NCBI GenBank assembly: GCA_012295275.1
Contig: CM022670.1
Coordinates: 21,514,001 to 21,578,000, forward strand
Direction of reading: 5' to 3'
Source: Chrysomallon squamiferum
Taxonomy: Eukaryota > Animalia > Mollusca
Length of the DNA stretch: 64,000 bases
Positions 29,201 to 40,320 of the stretch are shown here, one piece after another. Made by a program: the position numbers and the translations under genes. The notes under the pieces are model-generated. The model had not been told where the DNA came from, ran no database searches, and saw only the letters and a list, made by a program, of their open reading frames with translations. Positions within the stretch are counted from its first letter, which is position 1. Every line of letters begins with the position of its first letter.

Positions 29201-29892
29201 TAAATTTTAAAGACAATAAGATAAAAAACTAAAGTTAATGTCTACTTACCTTTCGTTCGTGTCCAGTAGCTGGTTTTAGTGGTTCAAGCGTGTTGAAAAT
29301 TCGTAATTTTCTAAAAGGCAGCGTAGGCACAGAAAAACTCAACGGAATCAAACTATTCGAAATCGTGAGCATTTATCAATATCCCGTCTGAGTTTGTATG
29401 CAGAAATCCCAAGGAAAGAATATAACACGATCCAATGAAAAGCGAACAAACGGTGCCCCCCCTCATGCAAAACACGATTTCTGTGGAACAGCTAATTGGT
29501 AAGAAACCGCAGCCGCTAATCGCGAGTATCTGCACATACCTACTGCTAGGTATGTGGATACATTTTTCAAACCCCACTAATCTGAAAATAAATAAGACAG
29601 TTGGGTAGAGTTTGTAAACCACTTTAAAATGATACCAAGATCAAGTGAATATGTAAAAAATTAAGGAAGTAGCAGCAATTTTAAACCCCCTGAACTGCCA
29701 GTGCCATTGTGATGATTGTCAATTTAAATACTTTCTTAAACATACACATCAAAGTTATTCTTCACCTCATGACCATACCTCACCAGTGTGAATTCTAAAA
29801 TGCTCTTGTAATCTGCTTTGTTTTTTGTATGTCTTGGAACAATTAGAAAACGAACAAATATAAACTGTCCCTACACGCGTTTTCGCTGCCAT
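20217..29892 (-). CDS. GTF3A: Transcription factor IIIA (5S rRNA gene factor), 9 coding exons, about 505 aa, nine C2H2 fingers
   Basis: Exons 29779-29892, 24443-24564, 23741-23831, 23356-23444, 22910-22983, 22520-22606, 21761-21984, 21184-21237, 20217-20879; all GT-AG with consistent phases (1518 nt). Nine mostly CX4C fingers, including KTFHKHHQLKTHQFEHT and FQCPRDGCARAY, followed by HDPNRPPPKKRKKKSIAAVLSGF, matching the TFIIIA post-finger motif. Confidence 0.92.
25974..27116. repeat. Two diverged direct copies of a ~480-bp unit (about 25974-26459 and 26633-27116)
   Basis: Shared blocks GATTTGCTCCATCAGAGAAAACAT, TGATACATTGATAGGTA, TATACGAGTTTATGTATTGCAGAGGATTATAG and TTTATTTCAGAACG, spaced about 660 bp apart. 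Confidence 0.9.
27254..27892 (-). CDS. Orphan 212-aa ORF inside the intronic element, probably a truncated transposon protein
   Basis: Open frame of normal complexity from ATG 27892 (MPLSNKRQCLIRCNQPSLGRQHLQEKY...), preceded by a strong acceptor tttttttcag| at 27906. No recognisable domain. Confidence 0.4.
   Translation of the reverse strand: MPLSNKRQCLIRCNQPSLGRQHLQEKYSTVPATDEFLKGHVLYIYTSCGNSRATTVSELCSHFSLTPTPVLRLSLEVKKVVYQFDKFRNLAYAVQFTKFMCLCSENFLLTESCNLEDVPRKQDEPQPGPSCNPQYVTASPEPHNLLDSSSLCGEDSEEPAIPILTKPPMKTRQTKKCLSCKLLNNSLTPKTATASKVYTHCNPRCESTAKEK
28420..29310. repeat. Tandem array, unit about 195 bp, about 4.5-5 copies
   Basis: CTACTTTTC(A/G)TTCGT...AACCGGTT...GTAGCATGTTGAA...ATTTCACGAGG recurs at about 28458, 28657, 28854, 29047 and 29242. 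Confidence 0.92.
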
Positions 29893-30109
29893 CGTGCCAT
29901 CTTTTTCAAGGGAAGTAATTGCAAAAGCTCTTCAATTTCCATACAGCTTTTCCTTATTCCTAAATTCCTCCTTTTGTACGAATTCCTATTTAGAAGAATA
30001 GAAAAAGCACCCCCCCACCAAGAACATTATTTGTAAATAAATGATCTATTATTATTATTTTTTCACTGTTACATATCAGATATATAATCTCGCTATAGCT
30101 GTTTGCCTC

Positions 30110-30112
<3 letters not shown>

Positions 30113-30204
<92 letters not shown>
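30113..30204. repeat. (CT)n microsatellite upstream of TFIIIA
   Basis: Perfect dinucleotide run. Confidence 0.95.
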
Positions 30205-30208
<4 letters not shown>

Positions 30209-31465
30209 CGCTCGCTCTCACACATACACACACGCACAAATAAAACTGATATAATAGTGTTGAGGGATCGATCAAATATTATCATTCTATTTCGCTTCAC
30301 TTCGAATTTTTTCACTTGAGCTTTTCTATTTTTTAAATATCTTTTTATTATATTAAAACAACAACAAAAATGTAAATAAATATATAAATAATAAAAATAA
30401 CGAATAAACCACCCCCCCAAAAAAAGATAAAATACAGGGGATAAAAAGAAGAAGAAGAAGAAGAAAAAAAAAAAAGAAATAAAAATAAGGGGATAAGAAA
30501 AAAAAAAATGAATATATAAAATTATATATTATTAAAAAATCCTATAGCAACAGTCATATCTACAACATCAACAGCATGACGTCCATGAAAAATAACATGC
30601 CTTCAAAATGCCATAGCGCAATGTCTGCAATGAAAAATGACGACATGAAAAACAGAAGTCGGGGAGACGTGAATTACATATTAAAACAATGGCAACAAAC
30701 TGACATGGCTAGTTTTTTGACATATCTTTCACAAGAATGTCGCCACTATGTAATCAACACTATAGCAGCCGTATAAATAAAATGGACTTCGGAACGTTAA
30801 TAAAACTGTTTTTAATATACCGTCAGATAATATTTTGTCAATAGTTGGTACCAGCAGTAGATAACTCAACACTAAAAGGGTGCAGTTCAGACTTTAATCT
30901 CATAAGCTGTCGCGTTTAGGAAATTACTGATAAAAAAATATTTGTAAAAGTATGATTTATTTCCCTTGTCTGTTACTCATGCGTCGCTCTTTGAAGGATT
31001 AGGCGACATTTTTATGAGCTAAAAACAGATTCTGACGTTACAAAGAAAACTTAATAGTCAAATGAAAGTCCGAGCTTAATATATTATTTATCCGTGTCAG
31101 TAATGTATAAAATGCGCATTAAATGTGACAGATTATAAATCAGAAATAAAATGTTAAGAATATGTAAATAATATATATATATATAAGCTGAAGATTAGAA
31201 ATACATTTTTATTCTTGGTCCAGCATTACCATTATAAACCTAAAACGGAAGAGAAATTTGGGACAAAACGTTCAAATACTTTGAACATTAAATAATGAAA
31301 TTTCTAGGATTAATTTATACTGTTTAACTGGATTACAACCAACACAGATTTAACCGATTAACAAGAAATAACAAGTAAATAAGAACAATAACCAGATAAT
31401 GTGTACGACTTTGAAGACACCTACCAATCTGTGGAATATTTTATAGAAATGTGATATTAGTGAAG

Positions 31466-32878
31466 ATGGAAGTTTATACGAAATGTATTATACTATTATT
31501 TTTCTGTGATACATGCTGCAGAACATTAAGCTGCCCGTCTGGATGTACGTGTAATAATGTTACTCCTGGACGAGTTATTTGCAGGTCTGGCATTAGGGGA
31601 TTTCCGCTGGGCTTAGACATCGGCACTGCGGCAATAGTACTAATAGGCAAACCACGTTCTCCGAATTCAATCAGTCACTTAGGACGCACGGACATCTCAC
31701 AGTTTACAAAACTTATAGAAATATATATTACGTTCAGCGGTCTTACCAATGTGGAGGACAAGACTTTCGAAAATGCGGCTAAACTAAGAAGAATAAATCT
31801 GAAATACAACGCAATTTCGAAAATCTCCAGATTAACTTTTTATGGTTTGGCACAGCTCGAGGAGTTGGATTTGACAGGAAACAGAGGCTGCGTTATAGAA
31901 ACAGGCTCATTCTCTTCACTGACATCATTGTTACATCTCTTCTTAGCCGACATGAAGTTAACGTATTTGAAAAAGGGAATATTTTTGGGCCTTTCTTCTC
32001 TACTGACCCTGGATCTTCATGGAAACGCTTTAACAGAAATAAGTGCTGATCTGTTTATTAGTACAACAAGTTTAACGAGCTTGGATCTGTCTTCAAATAG
32101 ACTTATAAAACTGTCTAAATCTTTTGCAGTTCTTCTCAATAACACACACGCCAATTTAGAAGACAATCCCTGGCACTGCAATTGTGAAATACAGTGGATA
32201 AAAACAGTGTTTGCCTACAGTCTGAATCACTTTCCTGCCAGTGGAGACCCCGTTGTCTGTTACACACCAAAGAATCTGAGATACTCAACTCTTGTTCGGG
32301 TGCCAAATGACAAAATGAAATGTCATCCGCCGACAATCAATCATTGTGATGGACCATTTAAAGTCGGTTTCAGAAAACAGCTTAAAATCACGTGTCTAGT
32401 TGAAGGTGATCCATTTCCAGACTTCTTCTGGATCAAACCGGACAAATCTAAAACGACTCTTGCTCCAACCAACCAGACATCGTCAGCTGAGTATGAAACG
32501 TCGCGATCAGTCACCTTTGATCTTAAGGATGCCCTCCTCAAAGATGATGGCGTTTGGTCGGTCTCGGCTAAAAATAAATATGGACAAAAATTAAAAACGT
32601 TTAGAGTTCACGTTGTTGGTCCGACTACTACGACTACAACAAAACCAGTAACATCACCAAAAACAACACGTACTAAACGTATAAAAGAAAAATTAAGTCC
32701 TGGATTTTTGGCTGCTGCTGTTGGTTTTGGATTTACAACGCTTGTGGCATGTTTCATGTGCTTATGCACAGCTAGATACATACGGAAGCGAAATCGAACA
32801 ACACCGAAAAATAATTCACCGCCTAAAGATGGCCATGTCGACGATATTACGGTAGTAGTTCCTAAGCGAAGAATTTGA
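31466..32878 (+). CDS. Single-exon LRR plus Ig-domain type I transmembrane protein (LIG family), about 470 aa
   Basis: Signal peptide from ATG 31466, LRRNT (CPSGCTC), LxxLxLxxN repeats, LRRCT (NPWHCNCEIQW...CYTP), Ig I-set-like domain (LKITCLVEGDPFPDFFWIKP...DDGVWSVSAKNKYG), Thr-rich stalk, TM helix (FLAAAVGFGFTTLVACFMCLC), short basic tail. Confidence 0.9.
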   Translation: MEVYTKCIILLFFCDTCCRTLSCPSGCTCNNVTPGRVICRSGIRGFPLGLDIGTAAIVLIGKPRSPNSISHLGRTDISQFTKLIEIYITFSGLTNVEDKTFENAAKLRRINLKYNAISKISRLTFYGLAQLEELDLTGNRGCVIETGSFSSLTSLLHLFLADMKLTYLKKGIFLGLSSLLTLDLHGNALTEISADLFISTTSLTSLDLSSNRLIKLSKSFAVLLNNTHANLEDNPWHCNCEIQWIKTVFAYSLNHFPASGDPVVCYTPKNLRYSTLVRVPNDKMKCHPPTINHCDGPFKVGFRKQLKITCLVEGDPFPDFFWIKPDKSKTTLAPTNQTSSAEYETSRSVTFDLKDALLKDDGVWSVSAKNKYGQKLKTFRVHVVGPTTTTTTKPVTSPKTTRTKRIKEKLSPGFLAAAVGFGFTTLVACFMCLCTARYIRKRNRTTPKNNSPPKDGHVDDITVVVPKRRI

Positions 32879-34197
32879 CGGGTTGTTTTTTGGTTTTTTT
32901 TTCTCTTATTATTATATTTTTTAGTTTAAAAATTAAGAATAATAAAAATTATTTAAAATGTTATATCACATTAGATTGTAGACACTGCTATGTAATTTAA
33001 AAACAACACAACCCCTCTCCAGATAATCACAGTTTTAAAAAGTTTTAACGGCAAAGAAAAACAGAGAAAGAGAGAGTAAATAAATAAAAAAAAAATAACT
33101 ACAAAAAAAGAAGAAAAAAAAGCATTCATGCAAATATACATATAATAAACACCATTAATAATCATAACATAAGGTTTTGTTTGAAGTGACATTGTGATAA
33201 TCGCCAGTAAATTATGTTTAAATCTCTATTAGTCAGTAGTGTCTGAATGATTATTTAACATTTTCCTGTTGTTGTTATTATTTTCATTCTAACTTGTTCC
33301 ATATATTAACACTTTTAGTTACTGTGCCGTGAAAGCAAGAAGTAAATTATTGCTATTGTTTTTTTGTTTTTTTTTACTTGTTATTACTGATTATCTTTAT
33401 TTCTGTTCGATCAGCACGTTTAAAGGAACGTGAACGTTATTTCGCACGGTTTGAACAGTTAAAAAAACAAACAAAAAATCCCACAAAAAAACCCACAAAA
33501 CCTCCAATAACAATCACTTTGATTAAATGCCCATGATTATTTCAGAAAATGCTAACATCTACGTGTTTTTAAATACAAAAGGAAAATGTTTCATGTTATT
33601 GTTGTTGTTTTTTTCTATTCTTATTATTATTTGTTTTTGTTTTCTGTTCTTACGTTCTATTGTTTCTCTTTTATAACTTGTTTTCAATTTTTGACATCAT
33701 AGTGTATGTATGTTCGCGTTTTTGTGTGTGTATATGTACATGCATGTATGTGCATATATATTATTTATGGATGCACGAATGTATACATATTAGTGGCGTT
33801 TTGCATAGGCCCTATGTTCGAGTGGGAACTTTTTTGTGTGTGCATAATGACATAATCTTGACAGTTAACTACAGCCCAGTGATTGGATTGCCCAACTTAG
33901 ATCTGATCAGTAGCATCATCACATCTTCTCAGAAAATAACCCAATATCCAGCTAGTTATCATGTAATTTACTGTCTAAGTGTAGGTAGACATAAGAGATC
34001 GCATTGTTGCTATCGGTGGACTTGTAATAGTGGGTTTCCTTTATACATTCTACGATTAAATATTTGACACCCAGTAAAGGACCTTTATTCAGAATTAGTT
34101 AACTCAACCAGAGGAGTCATTAAAATAACTACTTTTAATAAGTTTTAAACATAATTATTAATTCACATCGATACACTATATTATTATTATTATTATG

Positions 34198-34262
<65 letters not shown>

Positions 34263-34480
34263 ATTAATATATTCATCCTGTCATGGAAGTTTCATTCTCA
34301 TTAATTTTCTTTTCTTTTACGATTTTGAAAAAGTGTTAATTCATGTATGGCAAGTAAGTAATGGAGTAAAAACTACGAAAAAAACCCCACTGTAAATCAT
34401 TAGGAAAATTAAATAAGTAAATAAATAAATAAGGAAATAAATATATAAATAATAAATAAATAATTAAATAATTAAATAAA

Positions 34481-34526
<46 letters not shown>

Positions 34527-34873
34527 TAATAATAATAAATAATTAAGTAAATAAATAAATAAAAAGAAAAAAGAAAAGTAAAAAAAAATAAAGATACTAA
34601 ACAGTCAAACAAAAACCTATCAGTTGGCAACTTTAATGAACCGGCTTCATAGTTACAGATTAAAAAAAAAAAAAAAAAAAAAAGGGTCCTACAACAACTA
34701 CTACACAATACGTTTTTGTCATCTCAAGTTCGAAGGATTTAAGATAATGTAATGAGTCATCGTAGACACTCGGGAAATACTAGCTGAAGACACCATTGTT
34801 CGAGTTGGATATGCGGCAGAATTAACTACTACTAATCTGTTGAGCAGACAAAACTTCAGTTTGTACAACGAGT

Positions 34874-36928
34874 ATGAAAATCATTAAGACCTGTAGGAAT
34901 TTGTTTATACCTCTTCTTACGATATTCGTCTACATTTTCACTTTCCAAGCACGTTAATGATATGGACGTTTTGTTACGAAAATAAGTGCATTTGTAACAA
35001 TAACGTTGCTTGGTGTACGGAACATGGTGTCAACATGACTTACATACTTCCCCTTAATGACGGAATCAGTGTTCTTAACTTCAGCGAAAACTACCTGCAC
35101 AATGTGAGTCGACAAACATTTCTTAACATCTCTACACTGAAAATTAAAAAGTTGTTTTTGTGTTAAAAAACATCACATTCATTGAAGCTAATTCTTTTGA
35201 TGTGGTTTTGTATCTCGAACATTTAGATTTAAGCGGTAATCCTTTTAATTTGCCTTCACTGAAGAACTTTCTGCAGTCATTTTGGAGATTATCTGTGTAC
35301 TCCTTCTCTTTAAATCATATGGAATTGGGGGATGCATTATATGAAGCTATCGTTGTTTTAAATTCCTCAAATATCACAGAGTTTCATCTTGAACGAAATC
35401 GTCTATCGCTGTATAATCAAACATGCTTCAGAAATATGAACAACCTTGAGGAGATATATATTGAGTACAATTATATATCTCGAGTAATTCTGGATCACTC
35501 GTCATCTCTTACAACCATTAGCATTAATAAAAATAATCTTTTCACAATTCCACAGTTTTGTGACAAAATACAAAATCCGTTCTTGATGAATCTGTACATG
35601 GATCATAATTTGATAAATGAAGTGAAATTGCAAAATATAAATTGTCTGAAACATCTCAGAATTATAACTCTGACGGCAAATCCCATCACACGTCTTAGAA
35701 AAAATACATTTGCAATGCTTCCATAACTAAATAAACTTATGCTACGGTCTTTAATTGGACCCCTCAAGAGCATAGAGGCGTACGCCTTTAACAACAGCAA
35801 CTTGTACTCAATAAACCTAAGTGGGAGTAACATACACATGAATGAAGTGAGCACAGGTACGTTTAAGGGTTGCATTAAGACGGTTAGATATATCGTACAA
35901 CCTTTTTAATCACGTATCTGATACGGCATTGTCGGAGTTGTTTGAACCACTCGAACAGCTTAGGTATCTTGAAATGGGGAATTGCGGTTTGGTGACTATT
36001 CCCAAACCTGTAACAACTCTGACCAAACTTATATGGCTAAGTCTCTATAAAAAATTACATAGTGTCCTGGCCGCCTACAGCTTTCAATAATCTTAAATCA
36101 CTTGAGCAGTTGTATCTATCAAGTAATCACATTACTAACATCAATTCCTTCCCTGTTCAGTATGTCCACCAGCTGAAACATATCAACTTGGCTAACAATC
36201 CGTTTTCTTGTACATGTGACCTTCTGTGGTTTCTTAACTGGTTTCAGTCAAAGAGGAACATTTTCAAACAAGTAGACAAGTGGTATCGATGTCACTCACC
36301 CAGTTCTGTTCTCGACAAAAAACTCATCGATATGCGGTTGTCACAGGAGGAATGTCGGTTGGATGTAATGGCGACTTTCGTTATTGTTATTGTCGCCTCT
36401 TTTTTCATCCTCTTCATCATCGTTGCTTCTCTGCTTTATCGGAAACGCTGGCTGCTAAAACATTACTGGTTTATGCGAGACCACAGACGACGTCGACAGC
36501 ATGAAATAGCCAATTACGATATTTACGTTATCTACTATGAAGAAGATCTTTAATGGATTACTCAAGAAATGCTGCCTTATCTTGAGGACACCAGAGGATT
36601 GAAACTTTGTGTTCAGCAGCGGGGCTTTGTCCCAGGAAAGGCAATGATAGATAACATTGTCGAATGTGTACTTCAAAGTCGTGGTTTTATATTAATAGCG
36701 TCAAATAAGTTTATCGAAGACGAATGGTGTCAGTTTCAATTGCAGCTGGCACAGAAACACAACGATGAGCGCAGTCTTGATCGCCTGATTGTAATTCTTC
36801 TGGAAGAAATAGACCAGCGTCACATGACACCTATTCTGTATGCTGTAATCACGACTAAAGATTATGTGTTCTGGCCATCACAGGAGGAAGATCACATGAA
36901 ATTTTGGGAACATGTATATCAAAAATAA
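34874..36928 (+). pseudogene. Toll-like receptor pseudogene (signal peptide, LRRs, LRRCT, TM, TIR), single exon
   Basis: Collinear fragments: signal peptide from ATG 34874, LRRs, NPFSCTCDLLWF, TM, TIR (YDIYVIY, LCVQQRGFVPG, FIEDEWCQFQL, FWEHV). Frameshifts near 34950, 35160, 35877 and 36053; in-frame TAA at 35724 and 36551. Confidence 0.88.
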
Positions 36929-37766
36929 CACATTGATTTCAAGAAATACTACTACTACTACTACTACTACTACTTATAATAATAATAATTAATATTTACC
37001 ATTATCAGGTATCATAATTTACAATTATAATCATAAAATTTAATAACGGAAATGTGTACATATTTGTATTGCTGTTCACAATCTTGTGCACTTTGAACAG
37101 GAAAAAAATAAAGGTTTCCCATGAATGTGCTATACTTCAGTTTTTGTTTATACACATCCCATTTATATATGAATGATGCATATCAACAAGGGCAGTTTGC
37201 AGCTGGAAGGTTACTGACCCGAGAAATGTGAATGACTTAAAGGGAGTGTAATGTTATTGTTGTTATTAGTTTTGTTAAGCGTCATAACGTTTGCTTTTTC
37301 ATTATTATGTTTAAATGTATATATAAATATATTTTCAGAAATTGCTAAATAAGGTTTTATTTTTTATTAAAAAGGAAAACTTAAATGATAAATTTCATAT
37401 GTATGTAGTGTGAGGCAGAGTTTTAGTGGCGCTTGTACAAACTGCAGATTGCGTGTATTTGTAGGCGGCGCTGTAATTAGTAGCGCCTGAAGCTATTGAA
37501 TTGGGACAAACACAGCGCCTGTGTATCGAGAAAAAGATTTACGAAGAGTCTCAGCAATAATGAATTAGCATTTATCAATGTTTTCCACGTTTGACAGTTT
37601 TTTTTAGTTTAATTAATTAATTAATTAATTAAGCCTCTTTAATTAACAACAGTAAAAAAAGAGAACTAACAACTTTGAATGGCACAGCAAAAATTTACGC
37701 AAGCATCTTGATTTTTCAGTCTAAGTATTTTAAACAATTTGTGGTAAAAAGTTAAAAAGATGCTGT

Positions 37767-37813
<47 letters not shown>

Positions 37814-40272
37814 TAAAAGGACTACAGGCATTTGATTTTTAACCATGATCCTCTACAATATACGAACTCGGCTAAACCAGAAAGGTGTTGCAGGCACTAA
37901 TTAGGGTCAATAAAATGTCTGTAATCATGAGACAAAAGGCAATTAAAGGCGCTGGTTTAAGTCGGATATTTGAAACGGGAAGAACGTATAATACTTCTCT
38001 TAGCTTTGTACTTGCTGTAATTTGACTGCAAACAATGTGCCTGACGTGTGACGTAGACGCACATACAATTCGGACAAGGGCTGTTTGAATTTGTTATAAG
38101 TCTTGTATATTCATTTTTAGTATTTCCTTAATGAAATAAAATGATAGCAGCTCATTCAGATCTTCAGTTTCTGTACAGCGTGGTTTTAGACAGGGAGACA
38201 ACTTTAACTGCCCATGTTATTAATTATTTAAAAAAATTTTAATATATGATTATCTGAAATTAAATGATATACAGAAAATAAACTTGTCAAAGCTTATCAG
38301 CAGTAAGGAATATTTTACTTGTGCAGCTTTTGACAGAAAAAACACAACAGGACCTGTTAATAATGACTGTTAAATACGAGTATAGAAACTCTCATTTGTT
38401 TATTATATATAGCAAAACGGAAGAAGACTTTTTTGTGTGTGTGTGTGTGTGTGTGAGCGTGTTTTCTTCTTCTGGTTAACACTGTTGTATTTTTTGGGCA
38501 ATAATATCATAAATGGTATTATTATTATTATTATTTTTTTTAAATTACTAGTTTGGTAAGTGTGTATACATTTATTATAAAAACATAACAAACAATAAAA
38601 CTTTCAAAACATTTTTCAGCATAGAGCTGACAATTACTAGTTGTCAGTTTATTTATGTCTATTATTATTATTTTTTTTTTTAAACTAAAGACACCACAAA
38701 CACAAGAAATGAATAATTAAATTATGACCTGTGATAACATTATAAAACAATTTATTATAATAAAAAGAATAAACAAAACCTTTTGAGAAACTAATATATT
38801 TAAAAGCAATCCCAAAAATTTAAATCATTAAAAATATTGTTGATTTTCAGAATCGGAGAGAAAAAGCCACAATAAAGGTAAATAAAAGGAAAAAGAAATC
38901 TGCTGTAAGAAAACAAAATCTGCAAAGTGTTTTTTTTTTTTTTTTAAATTGTTTTTTTTTTATTAATAAAGGTTTTAATATAGATGTCTTTGAAAATAAA
39001 GGTCACCAGTTTTTTATGCCTTAGCAAAAAAGAAATTAAAAAAAAAAAAAAAAAAAAAAACCCTTTGGTTAGATGGACATGATTGTTTCAGAAAATGCTA
39101 ACATCTGCTTTTTTGAAATATAAAAGGAAAATAGTTCTTTTGGGTATAAGAATAGTGAAAAAACAAATTGCAACATTTTTAATAGAGTTTAAAAAAAAGA
39201 AAATATATATATAATAACAAGCATAACTGCAACTTTCTTGAGGAAATGTATGTCAAACACATATCTGATTTGACAAGAAATTTAATAATCGTTTTTGGTC
39301 AGAAAATAAAAATGTGTCAGAACCATCTTTGTAAAGTTTTTTGGAAAAATAAACATTTTTTGCTGATCATTTCCATTTTTAGAACTGGAAATGTCTTATT
39401 ATTCTAATTAATAAAACAACAGCATAAAAAATAAATTAAAAATAAAATAAAATCAGAGCAAAAAGTAATACTGATTATATTTGTTAACTACAACAATAAT
39501 AAACTAGCTGTTTTGTTAACAAGGCATTTAAGAACATGAAGTTATGAATTTGTTTCTTGTTTCAGTTTTACCTGTGATGATGGAAATAATTGGCCTAATT
39601 ACATTTTCTATATTCCAAAGTCATTCTCTTAATATTTGTCAGCACCAAATACTGTCTGATGATGATATACAACAGAAACATAACATGCTTGGATACAAAG
39701 TGATTTTGTTTTGTCATCAGAGAAACATTCAGTTTTATGGACTTATTTGGAATGTTGAATCTAAAAGCATTATATATAGTTTTCTATTTACAGGGAAGAA
39801 TTTTTTTTTTTTTAAATATTATTTTGTTCTATATAAATTAAGTAAATGTAATCAAAAATGCCAAACACAAAAATAAAGAAATGTAAAAAAAGATCTTTCA
39901 ATACAGGTTTACCAAAAAATAAATAAATTGGTATATAAAGTTGTTTGTTATTTGGTTGTCTAGACGCAATAATGGATAAATACAAACTCAAACATTTACA
40001 AAGTATTATAGAAATAACAATAAAAACATGAATACTGTTCAATGGGTGTACAACTATTCTTCAAATAGAAACAGTCATAATATTATTCATTTATTACTTA
40101 AATACTAAAAACTGTATCTGAGTCTATACCTGAATATTGTCTCTATATTTCCAAGTGATAGTTTTGCTTGTAACTCTTTATAAACCTTTACAAATAATAA
40201 AGTATGATACTTAATTAACAAGTCAGTGAGGAAATACTGAAGATAGAACTGTCTTCTCATTACTTCTTAAAG

Positions 40273-40320
<48 letters not shown>

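Larger units (their letters stand above)
24833..29690. mobile_element. Composite insertion of about 4.86 kb in TFIIIA intron 1, bounded by ~150-bp direct repeats; unclassified transposon derivative
   Basis: 24833-24983 and 29543-29690 differ by about 3 substitutions and one 3-nt indel. Intron 1 is 5.2 kb while the other TFIIIA introns are about 0.3-0.6 kb. It contains an internal foldback, a duplication, a tandem array and an orphan ORF. Confidence 0.7.

Noticed and set aside
24565-29778. 5S rRNA mimic in TFIIIA intron 1, as in the plant system
   Set aside because: Only chance 8-9 nt matches (CGTCCGAT near 25001, GACCATACC at the donor); no 5S box A or C, or collinear similarity.
37415-37525. 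CpG-richer patch with several GGCGCT/AGCGCC motifs
   Set aside because: Probably a repeat remnant or local regulatory patch; no ends, ORF or RNA structure could be defined.
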